DNA from: Vicinamibacterales bacterium
Lineage (GTDB): Bacteria > Acidobacteriota > Vicinamibacteria > Vicinamibacterales > SCN-69-37
Direction: 5' to 3'
Assembly (NCBI GenBank): GCA_039925145.1
Contig: JBDSZL010000038.1
Location: forward strand, 53,181-117,180
DNA length: 64,000 nt
Below the pieces are notes generated by a model. That model saw only the letters and a list, made by a program, of their open reading frames with translations. It was not told the DNA's origin and did no database searches. The translations under genes were made by a program, and so were the position numbers. This document shows, one piece after another, positions 49,812-57,375 of the stretch; the first letter of the stretch is position 1, and each line of letters opens with the position of its first letter.

Positions 49812-50222
49812 ATGGCAACTATCGACCTGTCGAAGTACCTCTCCGAGGAGTTCTTCCGTGCCTCGGGCCCCGGCGGACAGAACGTCAACAAAGTGGAGAC
49901 GGCGGTGCGTCTCCGGTTCGATGTGGCTCGGTCCGCTCTCCCGGATGACGTCAAAACGCGCCTCGTGACGCTCCCGGGCGTCAAGGTCATAGACGATGGC
50001 GTGCTCGTAATCGAGGCACGCGAACACCGGACACAAGGGCGCAATCGCGAGGCGGCGCGCGCGCGACTCGGAGCCTTGATCGAGCGCGCGTCGAAGCGGC
50101 CACGCACCCGTCGGCCTACGCGCCCGACGCGAGCCGCACGCGAGCTGCGGTTGGTGGCGAAAGATCGCCGCGCCAGTATCAAACGCCAGCGCAGCACGGG
50201 CAGGGCTGACGACACGGACTGA
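49812..50222 (+). CDS. arfB: Alternative ribosome-rescue factor ArfB (peptidyl-tRNA hydrolase, YaeJ type)
   Basis: GPGGQNVNKVETAVRLRFD GGQ motif and a basic C-terminal tail. 136 aa. Confidence 0.88.
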   Translation: MATIDLSKYLSEEFFRASGPGGQNVNKVETAVRLRFDVARSALPDDVKTRLVTLPGVKVIDDGVLVIEAREHRTQGRNREAARARLGALIERASKRPRTRRPTRPTRAARELRLVAKDRRASIKRQRSTGRADDTD

Positions 50223-50411
50223 GCCACACGGACCTGGCAAGCGACGCTCGTTCTTTCGCTGCCACGGCCGCCCGCGCCGCTGACGACTGGCACATTCTGC
50301 CAGCCCCAGGTCCCGCTGCTGCAGTTTCCGCACACCCGAACGACACCAACGCCGTCCGGACAGCAGGACTGCCAATCAACACGCTGCCGCGCTTCTTGCA
50401 CCGTTTGTGGC

Positions 50412-52868
50412 GTGCGGCTCGTCCACGTGCTCGCCATCGTTGTCCTCGTCGGTGCGGCGTGTGGCTGTTTGATCCGAGTCTCCCCTGGAGCGACCGCGGC
50501 GATCGCTCTGGGCGCTGGGTCGGTGGCCGTCGCTTGTCGGCGGCCGTGGCCTCGGGTCGTCTTCGGACTGGCATGTGCCGGTGCCGCCATGACGGCGTAC
50601 GCGGCGGGGGAGCGCGAGGTCGCGTTGCATCCCCCGCTCGAAGCCTGGCTATCACGAATAGACCTGGCAGAGTCGCTCCTGACACTCGAGGGCAGCCTCG
50701 AGGGCGATGCAGAAATCGAGTCGTCTGGATCGGTGCGGTTGCGCGTGGCGGTCAGCCGTGCCCGGGCCGATCACGACTGGCACGACGTGCGCGGGCACGT
50801 GCAGTTGCATGTGAACGGCGCCGCGGCGCCGTCACTCGCCGGACGCTGGACTCGGGGGCGGGCGGTCGTCCTGCCAGCTGTGCTCCGAGAGCCTCAGGTC
50901 ACGCGCAATCCAGGCAGTCCCCCCGTCGATTGGCAGGCGCTCGTTCGCGGCTACGACTACTTCGGCACGGTGAAGAGCGCCTGGCTCGTGTCGGTGGCCC
51001 GCGGCGCGTGGATCGACGAGGCGTCCGCGTCGGTGCGCCGGTTTGTCCGCGAGCGCGTCGTACGCCTCTGCGGACACGCACACGGATCGTCGGCGGCGGT
51101 GATCACGGCGATTCTCATCGGCGACCGTGCCGGCCTCGACCAGGATGTCCAGCGCCGACTGCAGGCCGCCGGCACGTACCACGTCATCGCGATCTCGGGT
51201 GGCAATATCGCGCTCGTCACCGGTCTGGTCCTCATCGCCTTGCGGCCGCTGGTCCGATCGTACCGGGTACCGGCACTTGTCACGATTGCGGCGGCCTGTG
51301 CGTATGGTGCAGTGGTTGGCGATGCTCCGTCGGTAAGGCGTGCTGTCACCGCCGCCTGCCTCTACCTGGCCGCTGAATGCGTCGGATTCGTCATTGCACC
51401 TGGCCAGGCCATCGCGCTCGTGGTCATCCTCGTGTTGCTTTGGGCGCCATTGACGGTTGTCCTGCCTGCGGCATGGCTGTCGTTCGGGGCCACCTTCGGA
51501 ATTCTCCTCATGGCCTCCAGACTGCTCGTTCTTGCCAGGGGAGAACCGTCAGCTCCGAGAAGCGTACTCGCGCACGTGTGGCGCGCCGCCGCCAGTCTGT
51601 TCTGCGCTACGCTCGCCGCCGAGCTGGTGCTGCTGCCGGTGTCGGCCGCGCTCTTCTCGCGGGTAGGTCTCGCGGGTCTGCTGTTGAACTTCGTGGCCAT
51701 ACCCGCAATGGCCGTCGCACAAATCGCAGGGGCAGCCGGTGTGCTGCTCATTGACTGGTGGCCGCTCGCGGCCCGTGCAGCGGGGGCCCTCGCGATCGGC
51801 GGCGCCGAGCTCCTTGTCGAATCGTCGAAGCTTGTCGATGTCGCCCCGTGGTTGTCGTGGCGCGTGCCGCCCGCCTCCATCCTGTGCGTGGCTTGCTACT
51901 ACGCGTGCCTGGCGACACTCTGGTTTGGGTGGCGCCATCGTCGCATCCGGGTGCCCGGGGTCATCCTCGGGGCTGCAAGTCTGGTAGCGCTCTTGTATGC
52001 GCCCGCTCTCGAATGGAGCAGGCCCGCCGTCGGAGTCCTTCGCCTCACGATGATCGACGTCGGGCAGGGCGACGCATTTCTGCTGCAGTTCCCCACAGGA
52101 CACACGCTGCTTGTCGATGCCGGCGGCGCCAGTTCCGGGTTCGATATCGGCGACCGCGTCGTGGCGCCCGCGCTCTGGGCGCTCGGCGTCCGACGGCTCG
52201 ACTGGCTTCTGGTGACCCACCCCGATCTCGATCACATTGGCGGAGCGGCGTCCGTGGCGGCCGCCTTCGACGTGCGCGAGATCTGGGAAGGCGTTCCCGT
52301 TCCCCGCGATCCGAAGCGTCGGTCGCTGCGGCAGGTGGCCACGGCCCTTGGCGCGGGATGGCGGCAGCAGCAGCGCGGCGACCATCTCGAGGTCGGCGGC
52401 ATCTCGGTCGACGTGATGGGCCCCCTGCTGCCCGATTGGGAGCGACAAAAAGTCCGGAACGATGACTCCGTCGTCCTGCGTCTTCGCTATGGCGATGTCG
52501 AGATGCTGCTCACTGGCGACGTCAGTGCCGAAATCGAGCGCACGCTGCTGTCTTCGTCAGTCGACGACCATGACCCGCCGCTGCGGGTGCTCAAGGTCGC
52601 ACATCACGGCAGCCGCACATCGTCGTCGGCCAGGTTCCTTCAGCGATATCGGCCCGTCGCTGCGCTCGTCAGTGTGGGACGCGGGAACAGCTTCGGGCAC
52701 CCGGCACCGGAGGTGATCGCGGGCCTACGGCAGGTGGCCTCGCACGTGTTTCGATCCGACCGCGATGCCGCCGTCATCGTCGAGACCGACGGCCACGTGG
52801 TGCGGGCGCAGACGTGGGAGGGGCAGACGTGGCAGGCTGGTGTCTGGTCTTCTGCTCCTGGGCCTTGA
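50412..52868 (+). CDS. comEC: DNA internalization competence protein ComEC/Rec2 (with MBL domain)
   Basis: Polytopic membrane region (GTYHVIAISGGNIAL) and a C-terminal metallo-beta-lactamase domain (MIDVGQGDAFLLQ..LLVDAGG; KVAHHGS). GTG start is uncertain. Confidence 0.85.
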   Translation: MRLVHVLAIVVLVGAACGCLIRVSPGATAAIALGAGSVAVACRRPWPRVVFGLACAGAAMTAYAAGEREVALHPPLEAWLSRIDLAESLLTLEGSLEGDAEIESSGSVRLRVAVSRARADHDWHDVRGHVQLHVNGAAAPSLAGRWTRGRAVVLPAVLREPQVTRNPGSPPVDWQALVRGYDYFGTVKSAWLVSVARGAWIDEASASVRRFVRERVVRLCGHAHGSSAAVITAILIGDRAGLDQDVQRRLQAAGTYHVIAISGGNIALVTGLVLIALRPLVRSYRVPALVTIAAACAYGAVVGDAPSVRRAVTAACLYLAAECVGFVIAPGQAIALVVILVLLWAPLTVVLPAAWLSFGATFGILLMASRLLVLARGEPSAPRSVLAHVWRAAASLFCATLAAELVLLPVSAALFSRVGLAGLLLNFVAIPAMAVAQIAGAAGVLLIDWWPLAARAAGALAIGGAELLVESSKLVDVAPWLSWRVPPASILCVACYYACLATLWFGWRHRRIRVPGVILGAASLVALLYAPALEWSRPAVGVLRLTMIDVGQGDAFLLQFPTGHTLLVDAGGASSGFDIGDRVVAPALWALGVRRLDWLLVTHPDLDHIGGAASVAAAFDVREIWEGVPVPRDPKRRSLRQVATALGAGWRQQQRGDHLEVGGISVDVMGPLLPDWERQKVRNDDSVVLRLRYGDVEMLLTGDVSAEIERTLLSSSVDDHDPPLRVLKVAHHGSRTSSSARFLQRYRPVAALVSVGRGNSFGHPAPEVIAGLRQVASHVFRSDRDAAVIVETDGHVVRAQTWEGQTWQAGVWSSAPGP

Positions 52869-53763
52869 CGATGGACCAGGCGGATTCGAGCTCGGCCAGT
52901 GAGGCGGCGTGGACGTCGCCGCCCCGTTGCTCGAGGTACGCTTCGAGTGCGTTGAAGCGTCTGGTGAATTTGTCGTTGGCCTGTGAGAGCGCGGCTTCCG
53001 GCTCGATGTCGAGCTTGCGCGCGAGATTGGCCAGCGAGAACAACACGTCGCCAAGCTCGTCGACGGCCCGGTCACGACCTTCCGTGAGTGCGGCCCGCAA
53101 TTCGGCGACTTCCTCTTCGATCTTCGTGACCACGTCGGGGGCGGAGGGCCAGTCGAAGCCGACGCTCGCCACGCGCGAGCCGATCGTATGCGCGCGCAGC
53201 AGAGCCGGCAGCGTACGCGGCAGCCCGGTCAGCACGCGGCGTTGGCTGCCGGCGGCGGTCTGTTCTTCGGCCTTGAGACGGCCCCATTGTTCGATGACCG
53301 CGTCAGGGCTGGTCAGATGCAGACGTCGGCGCTCGGCCGAGGTCAGAGGCCGGCCTGAGCCGGCGAACACGTGCGGATGGCGGCGGACCAGTTTGGCCGT
53401 CACGCCTTCCACCACGTCCGCGATATCGAAGCCGTTGGCATCGGCGGCCAGTTGCGCGTGAAAGATGCACTGGAACAGCACGTCGCCCAGTTCACCTCGC
53501 AGATCGTCGGCATCGGCGCGATCGATCGCGTCCAAGGCTTCGTAGGCTTCCTCGAGGAGATAGCGGCGAAGGCTCTCATGCGTCTGCGCGAGGTCCCACG
53601 GACAGCCCCGAGGCGAACGTAGCACCCGCATCACGTCGACCAGGCGGTCGAACGCGCGGGCGGCGCGGCGCCGACGGGCGGTGGAGGGTCTGACGCCGGT
53701 CTTGCGTGCCGGGCGGGCAGAACGAGCAGTGGGAACACGATGTGCCAAACGACTGGGCCTCAA
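52774..53763 (-). CDS. mazG: Nucleoside triphosphate pyrophosphohydrolase MazG (tandem MazG domains)
   Basis: LRSPRGCPWDLAQTHESLRRYLLEEAYE, ELGDVLFQ and a second EELGDVLFSLANLAR. Start is uncertain (TTG 53763 or TTG 53748). The 3' tail overlaps comEC by 95 nt. Confidence 0.85.
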   Translation of the reverse strand: MRPSRLAHRVPTARSARPARKTGVRPSTARRRRAARAFDRLVDVMRVLRSPRGCPWDLAQTHESLRRYLLEEAYEALDAIDRADADDLRGELGDVLFQCIFHAQLAADANGFDIADVVEGVTAKLVRRHPHVFAGSGRPLTSAERRRLHLTSPDAVIEQWGRLKAEEQTAAGSQRRVLTGLPRTLPALLRAHTIGSRVASVGFDWPSAPDVVTKIEEEVAELRAALTEGRDRAVDELGDVLFSLANLARKLDIEPEAALSQANDKFTRRFNALEAYLEQRGGDVHAASLAELESAWSIVKAQEQKTRHQPATSAPPTSAPAPRGRRSRR

Positions 53764-53769
53764 GGCCTC

Positions 53770-53779
53770 ATGCTAGCAT
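53770..53779. promoter_or_regulatory. Perfect 10-bp palindrome ATGCTAGCAT; candidate bidirectional extended -10 element
   Basis: It reads TGCTAGCAT on both strands. On the minus strand it is followed by 6 nt, then the mazG TTG. On the plus strand it is followed by 9 nt, then the MBL GTG. It fills most of the 25-bp divergent spacer. Confidence 0.45.
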
Positions 53780-53788
53780 TCAGTCTTT

Positions 53789-54592
53789 GTGCGTGTTTTG
53801 TTTCTCGGCACTGGCACGTCGCACGGCGTGCCGATGATCGGCTGTGAGTGCGCGGTCTGCCGATCGACTGACCCTCGCGACACCCGGCTTCGCTCGTCCA
53901 TCTACGTCGAGTGCGACGACGGGCTGCGTGTGCTCGTGGACACGACGACCGACCTGCGTCAGCAGGCGTTGCGCCACGGCATCCGGCGGGTCGACGCCAT
54001 CCTCTTCACCCACTCGCATGCCGATCACATCATGGGGCTCGACGAGGTCCGCCGGTTCAACATGATGAGCGGGCAGCCGATGCCGATTTTTGCCGAGCGC
54101 CACACGCTCGAGGATCTGCGCCGGACGTTTGGCTACGTATTTCGATCCGATGCGCCCCGCGGCGGCGGGGTGCCCGACCTGCGACTGTGGGAGATTGGCG
54201 GACCGTTCTGCTTGGGCGGGCAGGAAGTGGTGCCCGTGCCGATTCTGCACGGCTCGTGGCAAATCCTGGGATTCCGGCTGGGCGGGCTGGCGTATTTGAC
54301 CGATTGCAGCGGCATTCCGCCTGCATCGATGGCGCTGCTCGCCGGGGTAGACGTGCTGGTGCTCGACGCGCTCCGCCGGACGCCGCATCCGACGCACTTC
54401 ACGCTCGATCAGGCGATTGCCATCTCGCAGCAGCTGGGAGCGCGGCAGACATACTTCACGCACATTGCCCACGAGCTCGGCCATGCAGCGGTGAGTGCCG
54501 AATTGCCACACGGCGTCGCGCTCGCCTACGACGGCCTCCTGTTGGACGTGCCGCCGGTCGACGCCGTGCGCTCCACCGCGGTGCTCCACTAG
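53789..54592 (+). CDS. MBL-fold metallo-hydrolase (PhnP-like, COG1235-type)
   Basis: LFLGTGTSHGVPMIGCECAVC and the HSHADH metal-binding motif. Confidence 0.8.
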   Translation: MRVLFLGTGTSHGVPMIGCECAVCRSTDPRDTRLRSSIYVECDDGLRVLVDTTTDLRQQALRHGIRRVDAILFTHSHADHIMGLDEVRRFNMMSGQPMPIFAERHTLEDLRRTFGYVFRSDAPRGGGVPDLRLWEIGGPFCLGGQEVVPVPILHGSWQILGFRLGGLAYLTDCSGIPPASMALLAGVDVLVLDALRRTPHPTHFTLDQAIAISQQLGARQTYFTHIAHELGHAAVSAELPHGVALAYDGLLLDVPPVDAVRSTAVLH

Positions 54593-54599
54593 GCTACCG

Positions 54600-55532
54600 A
54601 TGCGAGTCGCCTACTTTCCGGATGCGCCGCGGCCGGACTGGCCGCGGCCGGTCGTGGCGCTCGGCAACTTCGACGGTCTGCACCGTGGTCATCAGAAACT
54701 GATCGACGAGGTCCGCCGCCAGGCACAGGAACGGGCCGGCACGTCGGTGGCACTGATCTTCGATCCGCATCCGCCGCGCGTGCTGCGCCCGGACAAGGCG
54801 CCGGCCATGCTCATGACGCTCGAGCAAAAGCTCGAGGCGTTCGAGCGCGCGGGGCTCGATGCCGTGGCCATCGTCCGCTTCACGCGTGAACTGTCGCGCT
54901 GGGAGCCGGAGCTGTTCGTCGAGACCGTGATCATTGACTGGCTGCGGGCCGCTGAAGTGTGGGTGGGTGCCAATTTTCTGTTTGGCCGGGATCGGTCCGG
55001 GACCTTCACGCTGCTGCGCGCGCTGGGCGAAGACCGGGGCTTCCTCGTCGAGACGATCGACCCGGTCCGGTACAAAGACTTTGTGGTGTCCAGCACCCGG
55101 ATCCGCCACCTGGTCGGCGAAGGGCGGGTCGACGAGGCGGGCTCGCTGCTGGGCCATCACTACTTCATCGACGGGCAGGTGGTGCATGGCGAGGCGCGCG
55201 GCCGGCAGTTGGGCTTCCCAACCGCAAACCTGCGCACGCAGAACGAGCTCGTGCCGGCCAACGGCATCTACGCCACCTTGGTTCTGCTCGGGTCAGATTG
55301 GCACGCCGCGGTCACCAGCATCGGCGTGCGACCGACGATCGGCGACGGGCAATTCACGGTCGAGACGTTCATTCTGGACGGCGAACATGATTTGTACGGG
55401 ACGACGCAGCGTCTGGCGTTCGTCAAGTGGCTCCGTCCCGAACTGAAGTTCGAGGACTTGGATGCTCTGAAGACCCAGATGGCGAGAGACGTGGCGGACG
55501 CTGCCGCGCTCTTCCGCCAGATGGGCCTCTAG
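54600..55532 (+). CDS. ribF: Bifunctional riboflavin kinase / FAD synthetase
   Basis: VVALGNFDGLHRGHQKLI, plus the riboflavin-kinase half (GHHYFIDGQVVHGEARGRQLGFPTANL). ATG 54600 was chosen; the upstream extension overlaps the MBL gene. Confidence 0.92.
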   Translation: MRVAYFPDAPRPDWPRPVVALGNFDGLHRGHQKLIDEVRRQAQERAGTSVALIFDPHPPRVLRPDKAPAMLMTLEQKLEAFERAGLDAVAIVRFTRELSRWEPELFVETVIIDWLRAAEVWVGANFLFGRDRSGTFTLLRALGEDRGFLVETIDPVRYKDFVVSSTRIRHLVGEGRVDEAGSLLGHHYFIDGQVVHGEARGRQLGFPTANLRTQNELVPANGIYATLVLLGSDWHAAVTSIGVRPTIGDGQFTVETFILDGEHDLYGTTQRLAFVKWLRPELKFEDLDALKTQMARDVADAAALFRQMGL

Positions 55533-55547
55533 ACGCGACCCATCGAA

Positions 55548-55573
55548 AGGCCGTTCCGCGCCCGGGACGGCCT
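55548..55573 (+). terminator. 7-bp GC-rich hairpin downstream of ribF (possible terminator, no T tract)
   Basis: AGGCCGT-12 nt loop-ACGGCCT, 16 nt after the ribF stop. Confidence 0.25.
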
Positions 55574-55609
55574 GGCACCAGGCGGCATGCGGGTCTGCCT
55601 GTTCCACGC

Positions 55610-55615
55610 TAGAAT
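55610..55615 (+). promoter_or_regulatory. Candidate -10 box TAGAAT, 9 nt upstream of the 91-aa ORF
   Basis: TAGAAT-ctgtctcgg-ATG. Confidence 0.35.
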
Positions 55616-55624
55616 CTGTCTCGG

Positions 55625-55900
55625 ATGTCCCATGCCTTCACGCTGCATCTGCCAGTCGAGCACCCTTATCGGGGGCTGGCGGCAGACGTTGCAGCGCGGT
55701 TTGCGGAGACCGTCGGGGGCAGCAGCGCGGAGGCACAGGCGTTCGGTGTCGAGGTGGCCGCCGGCGTGGAGTCGGTCGCCGCCTCGGGCGAGGCGATTGA
55801 CCTGGTGTTCGACCGCGCGCACTTGGGGGTGGAGGTGGCCATCCGCTGCGGTCCCGAGTTGCGCCTGATTCGCCATGTGCTGCCCGCCATCAAGAAATAG
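55625..55900 (+). CDS. Hypothetical protein (91 aa), no family recognised
   Basis: It is the only sizeable ORF in the ribF-cysS gap, on the same strand as its neighbours. It has an ordinary, non-repetitive amino-acid composition (acidic, Ala/Val-rich) and its own -10-like box. Confidence 0.5.
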   Translation: MSHAFTLHLPVEHPYRGLAADVAARFAETVGGSSAEAQAFGVEVAAGVESVAASGEAIDLVFDRAHLGVEVAIRCGPELRLIRHVLPAIKK

Positions 55901-55918
55901 ACTCCGCCGTACTCTCTC

Positions 55919-57331
55919 ATGCGCCTTTACAACACCCTCACCCGGACTGAAGACGACTTCGTTCCTGCCGATGGCAAGACCGTCCGCATGTACAACTGCG
56001 GGCTCACCGTGTACGCGCGCGGCCACATCGGCAACTTCAGGACCTTCGTCAGTCTGGACGTGCTGCGTCGGGCCTTGAAGTACCAGGACGGATACGCGGT
56101 CCGTCAGGTCACCAACTACACCGACGTGGACGACAAGACGATCGGCGCGGCCTCGGCCGCCGGTGTGCCGTTGCGCGAGTACACGGACCGGTTCATCGCC
56201 GCCTTCGAGCAGGATGCGGCGGCGATGGGGCTCGAGCCGGTCGAGGAACATCCGCGCGCGACCGACGACGCGAACATGCGCGCGATGGCTGACATGATCG
56301 AGCAGCTCACCGCGCGCGGCCACACGTACCAGTCCGACGGGTCCGTCTATTTCCGCATTGCGTCGCTACCCGGCTACGGCAAGCTGGCGCGGCTCGACCA
56401 TGAGGGCATCCAGGCGGGCGCCCGTGTGGATGCCGATGAGTACGCAAAACAGGACGCGCGTGATTTCGTGCTCTGGAAGGCGGCAAAGCCCGGTGAGCCA
56501 AGCTGGGACTTCGGCTTTGGACCGGGACGGCCGGGCTGGCATATCGAGTGCTCGGCCATGGCGCTTCGTCTGCTGGGTGAGCCTCCGATCGATATCCACG
56601 GTGGAGGCATCGATCTGATCTTTCCGCATCACGAGAACGAGATCGCGCAAGCCGAGGGTGCGACGGGCCATCCGTTTGTCCGCTTCTGGGTCCACGTCGA
56701 GTTCCTGAACATGGACAACGAGAAGATGTCCAAGTCGCTCGGCAACGTGTTCACGATTCCGGACATCGTCGCGCAGGGGTACCGCCCCTCCGCGCTGCGG
56801 TTTCTGCTGATGTCGGTGCACTACCGTAAGCAGCTCACGTTCAACTGGGAGATTCTCGACCAGGCGGAGGCGGCGTTGACCCGGCTCTCGGATTTCGCGG
56901 CCCGTCTCGAGACCGTCACAGGTGGCCCGGCGCACGACGCCGTTGCCGTTCGGCTCGAACGCGCGCGCGTCGACTTCCGCGAGAAGATTGCGAGCGACCT
57001 CAACGTGCCCGCCGCCCTGGGCGTGGTGTTCGATCTCGTGCGCGAGATGAACGCCGCGATCGACCAGGGGGACGTCGGCGCTCCAGATGCCCACGAAATC
57101 CGCGGCTTGTTCGACCAGTTCGACCGTGTCTTCGGCGTGCTGGCACTCCGGCAGCAGGAAGACCGGCAGCCGCCAGTGCCCGTGGAAGAAATTGAAGGCC
57201 TGATCGACGAACGCCGCTTGGCGCGTCAGGCCCGGCAGTTCGCCCGCGCGGACGAAATCCTCCAGACGCTTGACTCGCGCGGTATCGTGCTCGAAGACTC
57301 CGCGTCCGGCACCCGCTGGAAGCGCAAGTAG
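55919..57331 (+). CDS. cysS: Cysteinyl-tRNA synthetase
   Basis: CGLTVYARGHIGNFRT (HIGH) and KMSKSLGN motifs. 470 aa. Confidence 0.96.
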   Translation: MRLYNTLTRTEDDFVPADGKTVRMYNCGLTVYARGHIGNFRTFVSLDVLRRALKYQDGYAVRQVTNYTDVDDKTIGAASAAGVPLREYTDRFIAAFEQDAAAMGLEPVEEHPRATDDANMRAMADMIEQLTARGHTYQSDGSVYFRIASLPGYGKLARLDHEGIQAGARVDADEYAKQDARDFVLWKAAKPGEPSWDFGFGPGRPGWHIECSAMALRLLGEPPIDIHGGGIDLIFPHHENEIAQAEGATGHPFVRFWVHVEFLNMDNEKMSKSLGNVFTIPDIVAQGYRPSALRFLLMSVHYRKQLTFNWEILDQAEAALTRLSDFAARLETVTGGPAHDAVAVRLERARVDFREKIASDLNVPAALGVVFDLVREMNAAIDQGDVGAPDAHEIRGLFDQFDRVFGVLALRQQEDRQPPVPVEEIEGLIDERRLARQARQFARADEILQTLDSRGIVLEDSASGTRWKRK

Positions 57332-57375
57332 CCGACTCTGCCGTGAGTGGTGGACGTCGCCGGGAGTTGCCTCTG

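Noticed and set aside
50223-50411. The longest apparently non-coding gaps, screened by eye for tRNA, tmRNA, SRP, RNase P, riboswitch or small-RNA features: 50223..50411 (189 nt), 27834..27978, 43170..43300, 36784..36899 and 49701..49811.
   Set aside because: I recognised no cloverleaf, no conserved riboswitch core and no known RNA motif, only short hairpins such as CTGGCA-cattc-TGCCAG at 50287..50303. A covariance-model scan (Rfam, tRNAscan) would be needed to be sure.
52774-52868. The 95-nt convergent overlap of the comEC and mazG 3' ends, and the 35-nt rsmE/prmA overlap at 30708..30742; considered as possible regulatory antisense overlaps.
   Set aside because: In both pairs the conserved domains end before the overlap. 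The overlapping parts are low-complexity tails that simply run on until the first stop codon appears, which is typical of GC-rich genomes.
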